The notes beneath the pieces are model-generated. The model worked only from the letters and a program-made list of their open reading frames with translations. It did no database searches and was not told the origin of the DNA. Below, piece after piece: positions 34,039 to 46,017 of a stretch of DNA of 46,550 bases (the stretch's first letter is position 1; each line of letters begins with the position of its first letter). The stretch comes from Burkholderiales bacterium. GTDB lineage: Bacteria > Pseudomonadota > Gammaproteobacteria > Burkholderiales > Burkholderiaceae_F. Made by a program: the position numbers and the translations under genes. The stretch lies in NCBI GenBank assembly GCA_041308065.1, contig JBFZCF010000001.1:1-46550 (forward strand), written 5' to 3'.

Positions 34039-35781
34039 ATGCGCGCACGCCAGTTCTTCATCTCGACACTGAAGGAAGCCCCCGCGGACGCGGAGGTGGT
34101 CAGCCACTCCCTCATGCTGCGGGCGGGCATGATCAGGAAGCTCGCGGCCGGCATCTACACATACATGCCGATGGGACTTCGTTCGATCCGCAAGATCGAG
34201 CAGATCATCCGCGAAGAGATGAACCGCGCGGGGGCGGTCGAGCTCCTGATGCCGGTCGTCCAGCCAGCAGAGCTGTGGATCGAGTCCGGTCGCTGGCAGA
34301 AGATGGGACCGGAACTTCTGCGGCTGAAGGACCGGCATGATCGCGACTTCATCGTCCAGCCGACGAGCGAGGAAGTCATCGTCGACATCGCGCGCGAAGA
34401 ACTGAAGAGCTACAAGCAGCTGCCGGCGAATTTCTATCACATCCAGACCAAGTTCCGTGACGAGCGGCGCCCGCGCTTCGGCGTGATGCGCGGACGCGAG
34501 TTCACGATGAAGGACGCCTACTCCTTCGACAAGGACGAGGCGGGCGCGATGGCGAGCTATCGGCGCATGTTCGACGCCTACACGCGCATCTTCGATCGCA
34601 TGGGGCTGACCTTTCGCGCCGTGGCGGCGGACACCGGCAACATCGGCGGCAAGGCGAGCCACGAGTTCCAGGTGATCGCCGACACCGGCGAGGATGCGAT
34701 TGCCTATTGCCCGACGTCGGACTACGCGGCCAACATCGAGATGGCCGAGGCGCTGCCGCTGCTTGCGCAGAGGGGCGCGCCCGCGGAGCCGCTGGAAAAG
34801 ACGCCGACGCCCGGCAAGGAGAAGTGCGAAGACGTCGCCACGCTGCTCGGCCTGCCTCTTGCGCGCACCGTCAAGTCCATTGTCCTGGCCGTGGACCGCC
34901 TCGACGAAGCTGGAAACCCCGGACCCGCGGAGATCTGGCTCGTGCTGATCCGCGGCGATCACGAGCTCAACGAAGTGAAGGTCGGCAAGGTCGAGGGCCT
35001 GAAGGGCGGGTTCCGGTTCGCAACGGAAGCCGAGATCCTCGATACCTTCGGGTGCAAGCCGGGCTACCTCGGGCCGATCGGCACGCGCAGGCCGGTCCGG
35101 CTCGTGGCCGACCGCACCGTCGCGAACATGAGCGACTTCGTGTCCGGCGCCAACGAAGAGGACTTCCACTACACCGGTGTCAACTGGGGACGCGACCTGC
35201 CGGAACCGCACGTTGCCGATGTCCGCAGTGTCGTTGCGGGCGATCCGTCACCCGACGGCAAGGGCGTGCTCGCCATACAGCGCGGCATCGAGGTCGGCCA
35301 TGTGTTCGCGGGGCTACCCTACCCGGAGACGATGAACGTCAACTTCATCGACGAGAACGGCCGGCCGGCCCGCATGCTGATGGGCTGCTACGGGATCGGG
35401 GTGACGCGCCTGCTTGGCGCTGCCATCGAACAGAACCACGACGCCAAGGGCGTCATCTGGCCCGATCCGATCGCGCCGTTCGCGATCGTGCTGACCCCGG
35501 TCGGGTACGGCAAGTCGGAGCAGGTGCGCCAGGTTGCCGATCAGTTGTATGCGGAATTGCAGGCGGCCGGCGTCGACGTTCTTCTCGACGATCGCGACGA
35601 GCGGCCGGGAGTCATGTTCGCCGAGATGGAACTGATCGGCATCCCGCACCGCGTGACGATCGGCGAGCGCGGCCTGAAGGAAGGAAAGGTCGAGTACGTC
35701 GACCGTCGTTCGTTGCAGACGACGCCGGTGCCGGTCGGCGACGCCTACGCCTTCGTCCGGGAACGGCTCGCGCGCCGTTGA
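34039..35781 (+). CDS. proS: Proline--tRNA ligase
   Basis: 580 aa. [30 protein letters not shown] is the bacterial-type ProRS N-terminus, followed by the editing-domain insertion. Confidence 0.97.
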   Translation: MRARQFFISTLKEAPADAEVVSHSLMLRAGMIRKLAAGIYTYMPMGLRSIRKIEQIIREEMNRAGAVELLMPVVQPAELWIESGRWQKMGPELLRLKDRHDRDFIVQPTSEEVIVDIAREELKSYKQLPANFYHIQTKFRDERRPRFGVMRGREFTMKDAYSFDKDEAGAMASYRRMFDAYTRIFDRMGLTFRAVAADTGNIGGKASHEFQVIADTGEDAIAYCPTSDYAANIEMAEALPLLAQRGAPAEPLEKTPTPGKEKCEDVATLLGLPLARTVKSIVLAVDRLDEAGNPGPAEIWLVLIRGDHELNEVKVGKVEGLKGGFRFATEAEILDTFGCKPGYLGPIGTRRPVRLVADRTVANMSDFVSGANEEDFHYTGVNWGRDLPEPHVADVRSVVAGDPSPDGKGVLAIQRGIEVGHVFAGLPYPETMNVNFIDENGRPARMLMGCYGIGVTRLLGAAIEQNHDAKGVIWPDPIAPFAIVLTPVGYGKSEQVRQVADQLYAELQAAGVDVLLDDRDERPGVMFAEMELIGIPHRVTIGERGLKEGKVEYVDRRSLQTTPVPVGDAYAFVRERLARR

Positions 35782-36455
35782 ACGTGTCGATCACCATCGA
35801 CCGGCGACGCCTCCTGATCTCTGCGGCCGCACTGGCCGCGCTGCCCCGTGCCGCCCTCGCCGGCGCGCAGCAGTACGAGCCGCTGGCCGACGCGGTTCGC
35901 AATGCGCTCGCGGCGCAGATCGCCGAAGCCCGACCGCCCGAGCGCCGCATCGATGATCCCAACCGGCGGGTCGCCCACCTCGGCTGGCTCGGCGAGATGT
36001 CCGAGCGGCTGAAGCCGAAGATCCCGGAGTTCAACCTGCGCGTCGAGTTCCTGAAGACGCTCGACTACGAGTGCGTCCGCGCAGGCCTCGACCGCCAGAT
36101 GGTGCTCGGGCTGATCCAGGTCGAGAGCAACTTCCGCAAGTACGCGATCTCGGTCGCCGGCGCGCGCGGCCTGATGCAGGTGATGCCGTTCTGGACGAAG
36201 GTGATCGGCGACGGCGATCCGCGGCGGCTGTTCGACATGCGGACGAACCTGCGGTACGGCACGGTGATCATGCGGCACTACCTGGACATCGAGCAGGGCG
36301 ACCTGTTCATGGCGCTCGGCCGCTACAACGGCAGCCGCGGTCGGCGCGAGTATCCCGACGCGGTGCACGCCGCGTGGAAGAACCGCTGGTTCTACGCGCC
36401 GTCGCCGATGGACGTTCCGGCCGATCCTGCGGCTGCTCCACGTCGCGTCAGCTGA
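35778..36455 (+). CDS. Lytic transglycosylase (SLT domain) with an RR-containing signal peptide
   Basis: SLT catalytic block LIQVESNF...GLMQVM. Start is TTG 35778 (TTGA overlap with the proS stop) or GTG 35784. The track ORF from 34707 is an over-extension. Confidence 0.8.
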   Translation: MNVSITIDRRRLLISAAALAALPRAALAGAQQYEPLADAVRNALAAQIAEARPPERRIDDPNRRVAHLGWLGEMSERLKPKIPEFNLRVEFLKTLDYECVRAGLDRQMVLGLIQVESNFRKYAISVAGARGLMQVMPFWTKVIGDGDPRRLFDMRTNLRYGTVIMRHYLDIEQGDLFMALGRYNGSRGRREYPDAVHAAWKNRWFYAPSPMDVPADPAAAPRRVS

Positions 36456-36465
36456 TCCCCGGGGC

Positions 36466-37845
36466 TCAGCGCTTCGGCAGTCCGGGCATCCCCGGCATGC
36501 GCCCGAGTCCCCGCATCATCTTCGACAGTCCGCCCTTTCGCATCTGCTTCATCATCGACTGCATCTGCTCGAACTGGTTGAGCATGCGGTTGACTTCCTG
36601 CACGGGAACGCCTGCGCCGGTCGCGATGCGCCGCTTGCGCGATGCCTTGATCAGCTCCGGTTTCGCCCGCTCTGCGGGCGTCATCGAGCTGATGATTCCT
36701 TCGATTCGGCGGATCTGCTTCTCGCTGTCGGCGGGGTTCACCTGGTTCGCGGCCTGTGCGAACTGCGCCGGCAGCTTGTCGAGCATGCTCGACAGCCCGC
36801 CCATCTTCCGCATCTGGCCGATCTGCTCGCGGAAGTCGTTCAGGTCGAACTTCTCGCCGGACTGCATCCGCTTGGCCAGCTTCTGCGCGCTTTCGACGTC
36901 GACCGACTTCTTGACGTCCTCGACGAGCGCGACGATGTCCCCCATGCCGAGGACGCGGCTCGCCATGCCCTCGGGCTGGAAACGCTCGAACCCGGAGAGC
37001 TTCTCGCCGATGCCGACGAACTTGATTGGCTTGCCGGTGACGTGACGGACGGAGAGGGCGGCGCCGCCGCGCGAGTCGCCGTCGAGCTTGGTGAGGATCA
37101 CCCCTGTCAGCGGCAGGCGTTCTGAGAACGCCTTGGCGGTGTTCACCGCGTCTTGGCCCAGCATCGCGTCGACGACGAACAGCGTTTCGATCGGCTGCAG
37201 CCGCGCCTCGAGTGCGGCGACCTCCTGCATCATCTCCTCGTCGATGGCGAGTCGGCCCGCCGTGTCGACGATCAGCACGTCGAAGAAGTGGCGCTTCGCA
37301 TGGTCCAGCGCGCGGGCGGCGATGTCGACCGGCAGGTCGCCCGTCGCCGAGGCAAAGAACTCCGCCCCGGCCTGGCCGGCGACGGTCTTCAGCTGATCGA
37401 TCGCCGCCGGGCGGTAGACGTCGGTCGAGACCGCCAGCACCTTCTTCTTGCGCTCTTCCTTCAGCCAGCGCGCGAGCTTGCCCGCGGTCGTCGTCTTGCC
37501 CGCGCCCTGCAGGCCGGCGAGCAGGATCACCGCGGGTGGTTGGGTCGCCAGATTGATGTCGCGCTCCCGCTCCGCGAGGTCACCGCCCATCAACCGGGTC
37601 AGCTCGCGCTGAACCACTCCGACCAGCGCCTGCCCGGGCGAAAGGCTGCCCACCACTTCCTCGCCGAGCGCCTTCTCCTTGATGCGCGCGAGGAACTCGC
37701 GCACCACCGGCAGCGCGACGTCCGCCTCGAGCAGGGCCACGCGCACTTCGCGCAGCATCTCCTGCGTGTTTTCTTCCGTCAGGCGTGCCTGGCCACGCAT
37801 CGTCTTGACGACGCGCGCGAGCTTGGTGGTGAGTTGTTCCAGCAT
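36466..37845 (-). CDS. ffh: Signal recognition particle protein Ffh
   Basis: 459 aa with an SRP54 NG domain (GLQGAGKTTT) and a methionine-rich M domain. Confidence 0.97.
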   Translation of the reverse strand: MLEQLTTKLARVVKTMRGQARLTEENTQEMLREVRVALLEADVALPVVREFLARIKEKALGEEVVGSLSPGQALVGVVQRELTRLMGGDLAERERDINLATQPPAVILLAGLQGAGKTTTAGKLARWLKEERKKKVLAVSTDVYRPAAIDQLKTVAGQAGAEFFASATGDLPVDIAARALDHAKRHFFDVLIVDTAGRLAIDEEMMQEVAALEARLQPIETLFVVDAMLGQDAVNTAKAFSERLPLTGVILTKLDGDSRGGAALSVRHVTGKPIKFVGIGEKLSGFERFQPEGMASRVLGMGDIVALVEDVKKSVDVESAQKLAKRMQSGEKFDLNDFREQIGQMRKMGGLSSMLDKLPAQFAQAANQVNPADSEKQIRRIEGIISSMTPAERAKPELIKASRKRRIATGAGVPVQEVNRMLNQFEQMQSMMKQMRKGGLSKMMRGLGRMPGMPGLPKR

Positions 37846-37877
37846 GAGGGGAGGTCAGCGAGGAGAGGACGCCTGCA

Positions 37878-37886
37878 TGGTATAAA
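37878..37886 (+). promoter_or_regulatory. Candidate extended -10 element (TGgTATAAA) 5 nt upstream of the ypjD-like ATG
   Basis: Motif read directly. There is no Shine-Dalgarno between it and ATG 37892. Confidence 0.3.
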
Positions 37887-37891
37887 GATTC

Positions 37892-38731
37892 ATGCCGCTA
37901 CGCCCCGAATGGCTCGTATTGTACGGCGCTGTCGCCGTGCTCTATCTGTTCATCGCCTGGCGCGAGTGGCTCAACCTCGAGAGTGAGTCCGCCAGGTCGC
38001 CGGTGTGGCACGGTCCGGTGCTGGCGCTCGCGATCGGACTTCACGGTGTGCTGCTGGTTCACGGTGTGTACGTGGAGGGTCAGCTTCGGTTCGGCTTCGC
38101 CCACGCGCTGTCGGCAACGCTCTGGATCACCGCGATCATCATCTGGGTCGAATCGTTCTTCTCGGCCTCGCGCGGGCTCTTCCTGCTGGTGCTGCCGCTC
38201 GCCGCGGTGGCGACGCTGCTGCCGGCGGCATATCCCGGCGCCATCCTGGGCCAGTCCACCGACGCCCCGTTGTTCCGGCTGCACCTGCTCCTGGCGATCC
38301 TCGCCTACAGCCTGCTCACGATCGCGGCAATGCAGGCTCTGCTGATGGCTTCGATGGAGCGGCGGCTCCACGGCGACAACTCCGGGGGCGCCGGGCGTCT
38401 CGCGCACTTCCTGGACAGGTTGCCGCCCTTGCTGTCGATGGAGACGGTGCTGTTCCGACTGATCGGCGCAGGCTTCGTCCTGCTGACCGCGACGCTGGTG
38501 AGCGGGGTCTTCTTCTCCGAGGAGGTCTTCGGCCGGGCACTGCGGCTCGACCACAAGACGATCTTCACCCTTGCCGCATGGTTCGTCTTCGGCGCGTTGC
38601 TCGCCGGTCGAGTCGTCTTCGGCTGGCGCGGACGCACCGCACTGCGCTGGACACTGACCGGCTTCGCGATGCTGATGCTGGCCTATGTCGGCAGTCGTTT
38701 CGTCCTCGAAGTACTGCTGCAACGACCCTGA
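37892..38731 (+). CDS. ypjD: Cytochrome c assembly (CcsA-like) family inner membrane protein, YpjD-like
   Basis: 279-aa polytopic ORF divergent from ffh, matching the E. coli ffh/ypjD arrangement. Confidence 0.7.
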   Translation: MPLRPEWLVLYGAVAVLYLFIAWREWLNLESESARSPVWHGPVLALAIGLHGVLLVHGVYVEGQLRFGFAHALSATLWITAIIIWVESFFSASRGLFLLVLPLAAVATLLPAAYPGAILGQSTDAPLFRLHLLLAILAYSLLTIAAMQALLMASMERRLHGDNSGGAGRLAHFLDRLPPLLSMETVLFRLIGAGFVLLTATLVSGVFFSEEVFGRALRLDHKTIFTLAAWFVFGALLAGRVVFGWRGRTALRWTLTGFAMLMLAYVGSRFVLEVLLQRP

Positions 38732-38964
38732 TGGGACGCATCGCCTTCTTCCTGCTGCTTGCGGCCGTCGTCTACGTGGTGTGGCGATCCGTGCAGAGGC
38801 GTGGCAGGAATCGCGGCGCCACCGGCCAGGAGCAGCAGCAGGTTCCCCAGGCGATGGTCAGCTGCGCGACGTGCGGGCTGCACCTGCCGCGCCAGGAGGC
38901 CCTGCCCCTGGGCGACCGGTACTTCTGCTGTGAAGAGCACCGCCGGAACCCGCCCGCAGCCTGA
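38731..38964 (+). CDS. Small TM + Cys-rich zinc-ribbon-like protein, PP0621-family-like
   Basis: 77 aa: an N-terminal TM helix then CATCG...CCEEH. The ATG shares its A with the ypjD-like stop (TGATG). It precedes the PilS-like kinase. The family call is from memory of this arrangement. Confidence 0.5.
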   Translation: MGRIAFFLLLAAVVYVVWRSVQRRGRNRGATGQEQQQVPQAMVSCATCGLHLPRQEALPLGDRYFCCEEHRRNPPAA

Positions 38965-38977
38965 CGCTGCCGCCGGG

Positions 38978-40690
38978 GTGACCTCCGGCGCGGGCGGCAA
39001 CGTCGACACGCTGCCCGGCCGTTCGCTCGACGACCCCGACACGGCGCCCTGGCGCACGCTGGAGTATTTCGCGAGCACGCGCGTCATCGTTGCAAGCGCA
39101 CTGGTGCTCGCGAGCGCCGCTTCCGGCGTGCGACCGCTCCTGGCCCCGGGCGAGCCGCAGTGGGTGCTGCTGACGTCGCTCGCCTACTTCATGGCGGGGG
39201 CGGCGTTCGCCGGCCTCGCCCTCTACGTTCATCGGCGGTTCCTCGCGCAGGTCATCGGTCAGCTGGTGCTCGACCTGGTCGCGATCGGCGTACTCGTGGT
39301 GACCGGGGGTGGCGTCGCGTCGGGGTGGGTCATCCTGTTCCTCCTGCCGCTGGCCGGCGCCTCGCTGCTGCTGCCGTCGCTGCTCGTGTTCTTCATCTGC
39401 GCGCTGGCCGTGCTGACGATCCTGGCCGACGCTGGCGTGCGCTCGATCGCGCGAGGCTCGTCTGACCCGCTCCTGTTCCAGGCCGGCGTGTACGGAGCGG
39501 CGCTCTTCGCAGTGACTGCCCTGCTGCGCGCGCTGAGCTCCCGACTGGCGCAGCAGGAGCGGCTGGCGCGCACACGCGGACGCGACCTGCAGAACCAGCT
39601 CGCTATCAACCGGCTCGTCATCGCGCAGATGGAGCAGGGCGTGATCGTGGTCGATCGGACGACGTACGTGCGCGCGAACAACCGGGCGGCGCGACTGATG
39701 CTGGGTCTTGCCGCCGAGGCCCAGCTCACCGGTACCCGCCTTGCGGATCGCGCGGAGGCCCGCGAACTGGCCGCGGCTTTCGTTTCGTGGCTGGACAGCG
39801 GGCGCGGCGAGGGTGGCTGGTCCGGCGCGGCGCCGGCTGGCGCGGAACCGGCGCGCGGCACGGAGCCGAGGATCAGGGCGCGGTTCGCGCGACCGGCTTC
39901 CACGGCCGGCGACGAGTTCCTGATCTTCATGGAGGACGTACGTGACATCGAGGATCGGGCCCAGCAGTTGAAACTCGCGGCGATGGGACGCCTCACCGCT
40001 TCGATCGCGCACGAGATCCGCAATCCGCTGGCGGCGATCAGTCACGCCGGCCAGTTGCTGGGCGAGGATGCCGCCGATCCGGTGCTGAAGCGGCTGGCGG
40101 TCATCGTGAACGAGAATACGAATCGCCTGAACCGGCTCGTGGAGGACGTGCTCCGCGTTGCCCGGCGCGAGCCGCCGCTCGGCGACCAGCTGGAGATCGC
40201 CGCTTTCGTCCGCCAGTTCCTTCAGGAATTCGTGCGCGACAGGGGGCTTGGCGAGGGTGCGATCAAGGTTGACGCACCGCCGGGATTGCACGTCAAATTC
40301 GAGCAATCCCACCTGCGGCAGGTGCTGTACAACCTCGTCGACAATGCGCTGAGGTATGCGTCCGGACAGGACGGGTCGGTCACGATCCTGATCGAGACGT
40401 CGCCGGAGGGCGACCGCTCGCAGCTCTGGGTGTTCGACGACGGGCCCGGCGTGCCGCTCGACACCCGCCCGGCGCTGTTCGAACCGTTTTACACGACCCG
40501 GTCGCAGGGCACGGGCCTGGGCTTGTATCTGGCGCGGGAGTTTTGCGTGACCAATCGGGCAGAGCTGGGCTACGCCACACGCCGTGAACTCGACGGGTCG
40601 GCGCGCGACGGATTCCTGCTGAAGTTCGACCGCGGCTCCACGCAGGGCGCCGACCTGCAAGGCTTCCTCGACACGATCCCGCTCTCATGA
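38978..40690 (+). CDS. pilS: PilS-like sensor histidine kinase (polytopic N-terminus, PAS-like linker, HisKA/HATPase)
   Basis: About six N-terminal TM segments, H-box SIAHEIRNPLAAI, and N/G boxes (DNALRY, DDGPGV, GTGLGL). The start is uncertain; GTG 38978 is the first plausible start after the upstream stop. Confidence 0.8.
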   Translation: MTSGAGGNVDTLPGRSLDDPDTAPWRTLEYFASTRVIVASALVLASAASGVRPLLAPGEPQWVLLTSLAYFMAGAAFAGLALYVHRRFLAQVIGQLVLDLVAIGVLVVTGGGVASGWVILFLLPLAGASLLLPSLLVFFICALAVLTILADAGVRSIARGSSDPLLFQAGVYGAALFAVTALLRALSSRLAQQERLARTRGRDLQNQLAINRLVIAQMEQGVIVVDRTTYVRANNRAARLMLGLAAEAQLTGTRLADRAEARELAAAFVSWLDSGRGEGGWSGAAPAGAEPARGTEPRIRARFARPASTAGDEFLIFMEDVRDIEDRAQQLKLAAMGRLTASIAHEIRNPLAAISHAGQLLGEDAADPVLKRLAVIVNENTNRLNRLVEDVLRVARREPPLGDQLEIAAFVRQFLQEFVRDRGLGEGAIKVDAPPGLHVKFEQSHLRQVLYNLVDNALRYASGQDGSVTILIETSPEGDRSQLWVFDDGPGVPLDTRPALFEPFYTTRSQGTGLGLYLAREFCVTNRAELGYATRRELDGSARDGFLLKFDRGSTQGADLQGFLDTIPLS

Positions 40691-42147
40691 ACGAGCTGCC
40701 GCCTGCATCCGGAACGACCGCCCTGCCGGGCCGGGTGCCGGCCGTTCTTGTCGTCGACGACGAGGCGGATCTGCGCGAACTCCTGTCGCTGACGCTGCTT
40801 CGCCTGGGCCTCGACGTGGACACGGCCGAGTCGGTCTGCGTGGCGCGCGCGCGGCTCAGCGAGCGGCGCTACTCGCTGTGCCTGACGGACATGCGGCTGC
40901 CCGATGGAACCGGGCTGGATCTCGTGCGCGACGTCGCGCGGTCGGCAGGTCCGCCGATCGCGGTCATCACGGCCTATGGCAGCGCGGAGAATGCGGTGGC
41001 GGCGCTGAAGGCCGGCGCATTCGACTACCTGACGAAACCGGTCGACGTCGAGCAGTTGCGCATGCTCGTGCGCTCCGCCGTGAAAGCCGGCGCTGCCGGG
41101 GAAGTGGATGCATCGGAGCTGCCTGCACTGGCACGCCTCACCGGTGACGCGCCGGCCATGCGGCAGTTGCGCGGGATCATCGTGAGGCTTGCCAACAGCA
41201 TGGCCCCCGTGATGATCCACGGGGAATCGGGCAGCGGCAAGGAACTGGCGGCGAGGGCGATCCACGACGCCTCGAGCCGACGTCTCCAGCCATTCGTGCC
41301 GGTGAACTGCGGCGCGATTCCCGAGACTCTGATGGAGGCCGAGTTCTTCGGATACCGCAAGGGTGCGTTCACCGGAGCCGACCGCGACCGCGACGGATTC
41401 TTCCAGGCGGCGGCCGGGGGCACGCTGTTCCTCGACGAGGTCGCCGAGCTTCCGCTGGCGATGCAGGTCAAGCTGCTGCGTGCGATTCAGGAGCGCCGGG
41501 TCCGCAAGGTCGGCGCCTCGTCGGAAGATCCGGTCGACGTGAGGATCGTCAGCGCAACGCACCAGGACCTGGCGGCGCTGGTGTCGCAGGGACGGTTCAG
41601 GCAGGACCTGTTCTACCGCCTGAACGTCATCGAAGTGCGCGTGCCGCCGCTGCGCGATCGGCTCGACGACGTGCCGCAGCTCGCCAGTGCGATCCTTGCC
41701 CGGATCGCCGAGCGGACTGGTCGGGCGCCGGCCCGGCTGTCCCCCGCAGCCGTCGCCGCGCTTCGCGGCCATCGCTTCCCGGGCAATGTGCGGGAACTCG
41801 AGAACATCCTCGAGCGCGCGGTGGCCCTCGCCCGGGACGACCTCCTGCTGGAGGACGACCTGATGCTGCCGGGGCTGGACACGGACACTCCCCCCGATGC
41901 GGCGCCGGTGCGCGCGGACGAACCGGGCGCCGGCCCGTCGGAGGCCGGCGAGCCCGCAGCGCACGGCGTCTTCACCGTGGTCGATGGCGTGCCATCGTCC
42001 CTGCCTTCGTACCTCGACTCGCTCGAGCGCGACGCCATCCACCGCGCGCTGGAGCGCACTCGCCACAACCGGACGGCCGCGGCGCAACTGCTGGGGATCA
42101 CGTTCCGGCAGTTGCGCTATCGCATGCAGCGCCTGGCGATCAAGTGA
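40687..42147 (+). CDS. pilR: Sigma-54-dependent response regulator, PilR-like
   Basis: REC domain (VLVVDDE...LTDMRLPDG), AAA+ sigma-54 activator (GESGSGKE, GAFTGA loop) and a Fis-type HTH. ATGA overlap with the kinase. Confidence 0.88.
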   Translation: MNELPPASGTTALPGRVPAVLVVDDEADLRELLSLTLLRLGLDVDTAESVCVARARLSERRYSLCLTDMRLPDGTGLDLVRDVARSAGPPIAVITAYGSAENAVAALKAGAFDYLTKPVDVEQLRMLVRSAVKAGAAGEVDASELPALARLTGDAPAMRQLRGIIVRLANSMAPVMIHGESGSGKELAARAIHDASSRRLQPFVPVNCGAIPETLMEAEFFGYRKGAFTGADRDRDGFFQAAAGGTLFLDEVAELPLAMQVKLLRAIQERRVRKVGASSEDPVDVRIVSATHQDLAALVSQGRFRQDLFYRLNVIEVRVPPLRDRLDDVPQLASAILARIAERTGRAPARLSPAAVAALRGHRFPGNVRELENILERAVALARDDLLLEDDLMLPGLDTDTPPDAAPVRADEPGAGPSEAGEPAAHGVFTVVDGVPSSLPSYLDSLERDAIHRALERTRHNRTAAAQLLGITFRQLRYRMQRLAIK

Positions 42148-42178
42148 CTTCGTCGTCCGCGGCGCCCGGGACTCCGCG

Positions 42179-42748
42179 ATGAAGCGGGTGATCGATGGCT
42201 GGCTGCAGGGCGTTGCCCGCCTGCCGACGCCGAACGTCGACGATCGACCGGCCGGCGAGCGCGTTGAACTCGTCGTCATCCACAACATCAGCCTGCCGCC
42301 CGGCGAGTACGGCCGGCGCAACGTGCACGCGCTGTTCACCAACTGCCTCGATCCGTGCGCGCATCCGTTCTTCGCGGAAGTCGCCGGTGCGCGGGTGTCC
42401 GCCCATATCCTGATCGAACGCGACGGGACCATCACCCAGTTCGCTTCGTTCGACCGTCGCGCCTGGCACGCCGGCGCTTCCGAGTTCAACGGGCGTCCGC
42501 GCTGCAACGACTTCTCCATAGGCATCGAGCTCGAGGGCAGCGACTTCGACGCCTTCACCGACGCTCAGTATGCGGCGCTCGATGAGGTGCTCGCAGCGGT
42601 CCTCGGCGAGTACCCGGTGCGCGCGGTGTGCGGGCACAGCGAGATCGCCGGCGGCCGCAAGACCGATCCCGGTCCCTTCTTCGACTGGGCCCGGCTCGCG
42701 CTTCCCGCCTCCGTCTGCCTTCCCTCCGCGCGCGTGTCCGCTCGATAG
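42179..42748 (+). CDS. ampD: 1,6-anhydro-N-acetylmuramyl-L-alanine amidase AmpD
   Basis: 189-aa Amidase_2 pattern (VVIHNISLPPG..., AWHAG, GHSEIAGGRKTDPG). The track ORF from 41897 over-extends. Confidence 0.9.
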   Translation: MKRVIDGWLQGVARLPTPNVDDRPAGERVELVVIHNISLPPGEYGRRNVHALFTNCLDPCAHPFFAEVAGARVSAHILIERDGTITQFASFDRRAWHAGASEFNGRPRCNDFSIGIELEGSDFDAFTDAQYAALDEVLAAVLGEYPVRAVCGHSEIAGGRKTDPGPFFDWARLALPASVCLPSARVSAR

Positions 42749-42814
42749 CGGCTTCCCGGCGGCTTGCGTCGGGAGATCGAAGCGGCCTGCCGCGCATCGC
42801 GCGTCACTCTTCTG

Positions 42815-42842
42815 TTGACCAAAAAAATAATTTGCCTATGAT
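42815..42842 (+). promoter_or_regulatory. Candidate sigma-70 promoter of nrdAB (TTGACC-16 nt-TATGAT)
   Basis: Read directly within the only clearly AT-rich patch of the window. Confidence 0.55.
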
Positions 42843-42847
42843 CCGGC

Positions 42848-42863
42848 ACACAACAAATAGTGC
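42848..42863. promoter_or_regulatory. NrdR box 1 (ACACAACAAATAGTGC)
   Basis: 13/16 match to the NrdR palindrome acaCwAtATaTwGtgt. It starts 6 nt after the -10 hexamer. Confidence 0.55.
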
Positions 42864-42878
42864 CGTAGACACGAGAGA

Positions 42879-42894
42879 CCACAATATCTTGTGT
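42879..42894. promoter_or_regulatory. NrdR box 2 (CCACAATATCTTGTGT)
   Basis: 14/16 match to the NrdR palindrome. Its centre lies 31 bp from the centre of box 1, the usual tandem spacing. Confidence 0.65.
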
Positions 42895-43075
42895 TCGGAT
42901 GGCGGGCGCGGCGGACTCATCGACGGAAGCGGCGCGCAGGAGACTCAACACGGCGCCGGGCATCAGGGCGGTCGCGGCGGTTGCAAAACGCAGAGCGGGG
43001 CTGACTAGGGATTGTGTGTCGTCGTGACACGCAGGGCTGTCGGCTCCGGATCACCAGACAGGATTCGGAGGACGC

Positions 43076-45994
<2,919 letters not shown>

Positions 45995-46017
45995 CGAAAC
46001 GAAGGAGAAGCAAGAAC

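Noticed and set aside
36453-36468. Near-palindrome TGAtCCCCGGGGcTCA containing the stop codons of both the SLT gene and ffh.
   Set aside because: It is only a 4-6 bp effective stem, too short to argue for function beyond chance in GC-rich DNA.
42962-42990. Sigma-54-like motif GG...TTGCA in the nrdA leader (GGTCGCGGCGGTTGCA).
   Set aside because: The GG-to-GC spacing is 11 nt rather than the required 10, the -24 element is not TGGCAC-like, and there is no biological rationale upstream of nrdA.
42899-43027. 42-codon ORF (MAGAADSSTEAARRRLNTAPG...) in the nrdA leader.
   Set aside because: It has no Shine-Dalgarno and an Ala/Arg-rich GC-type composition, and is most likely a chance open frame.
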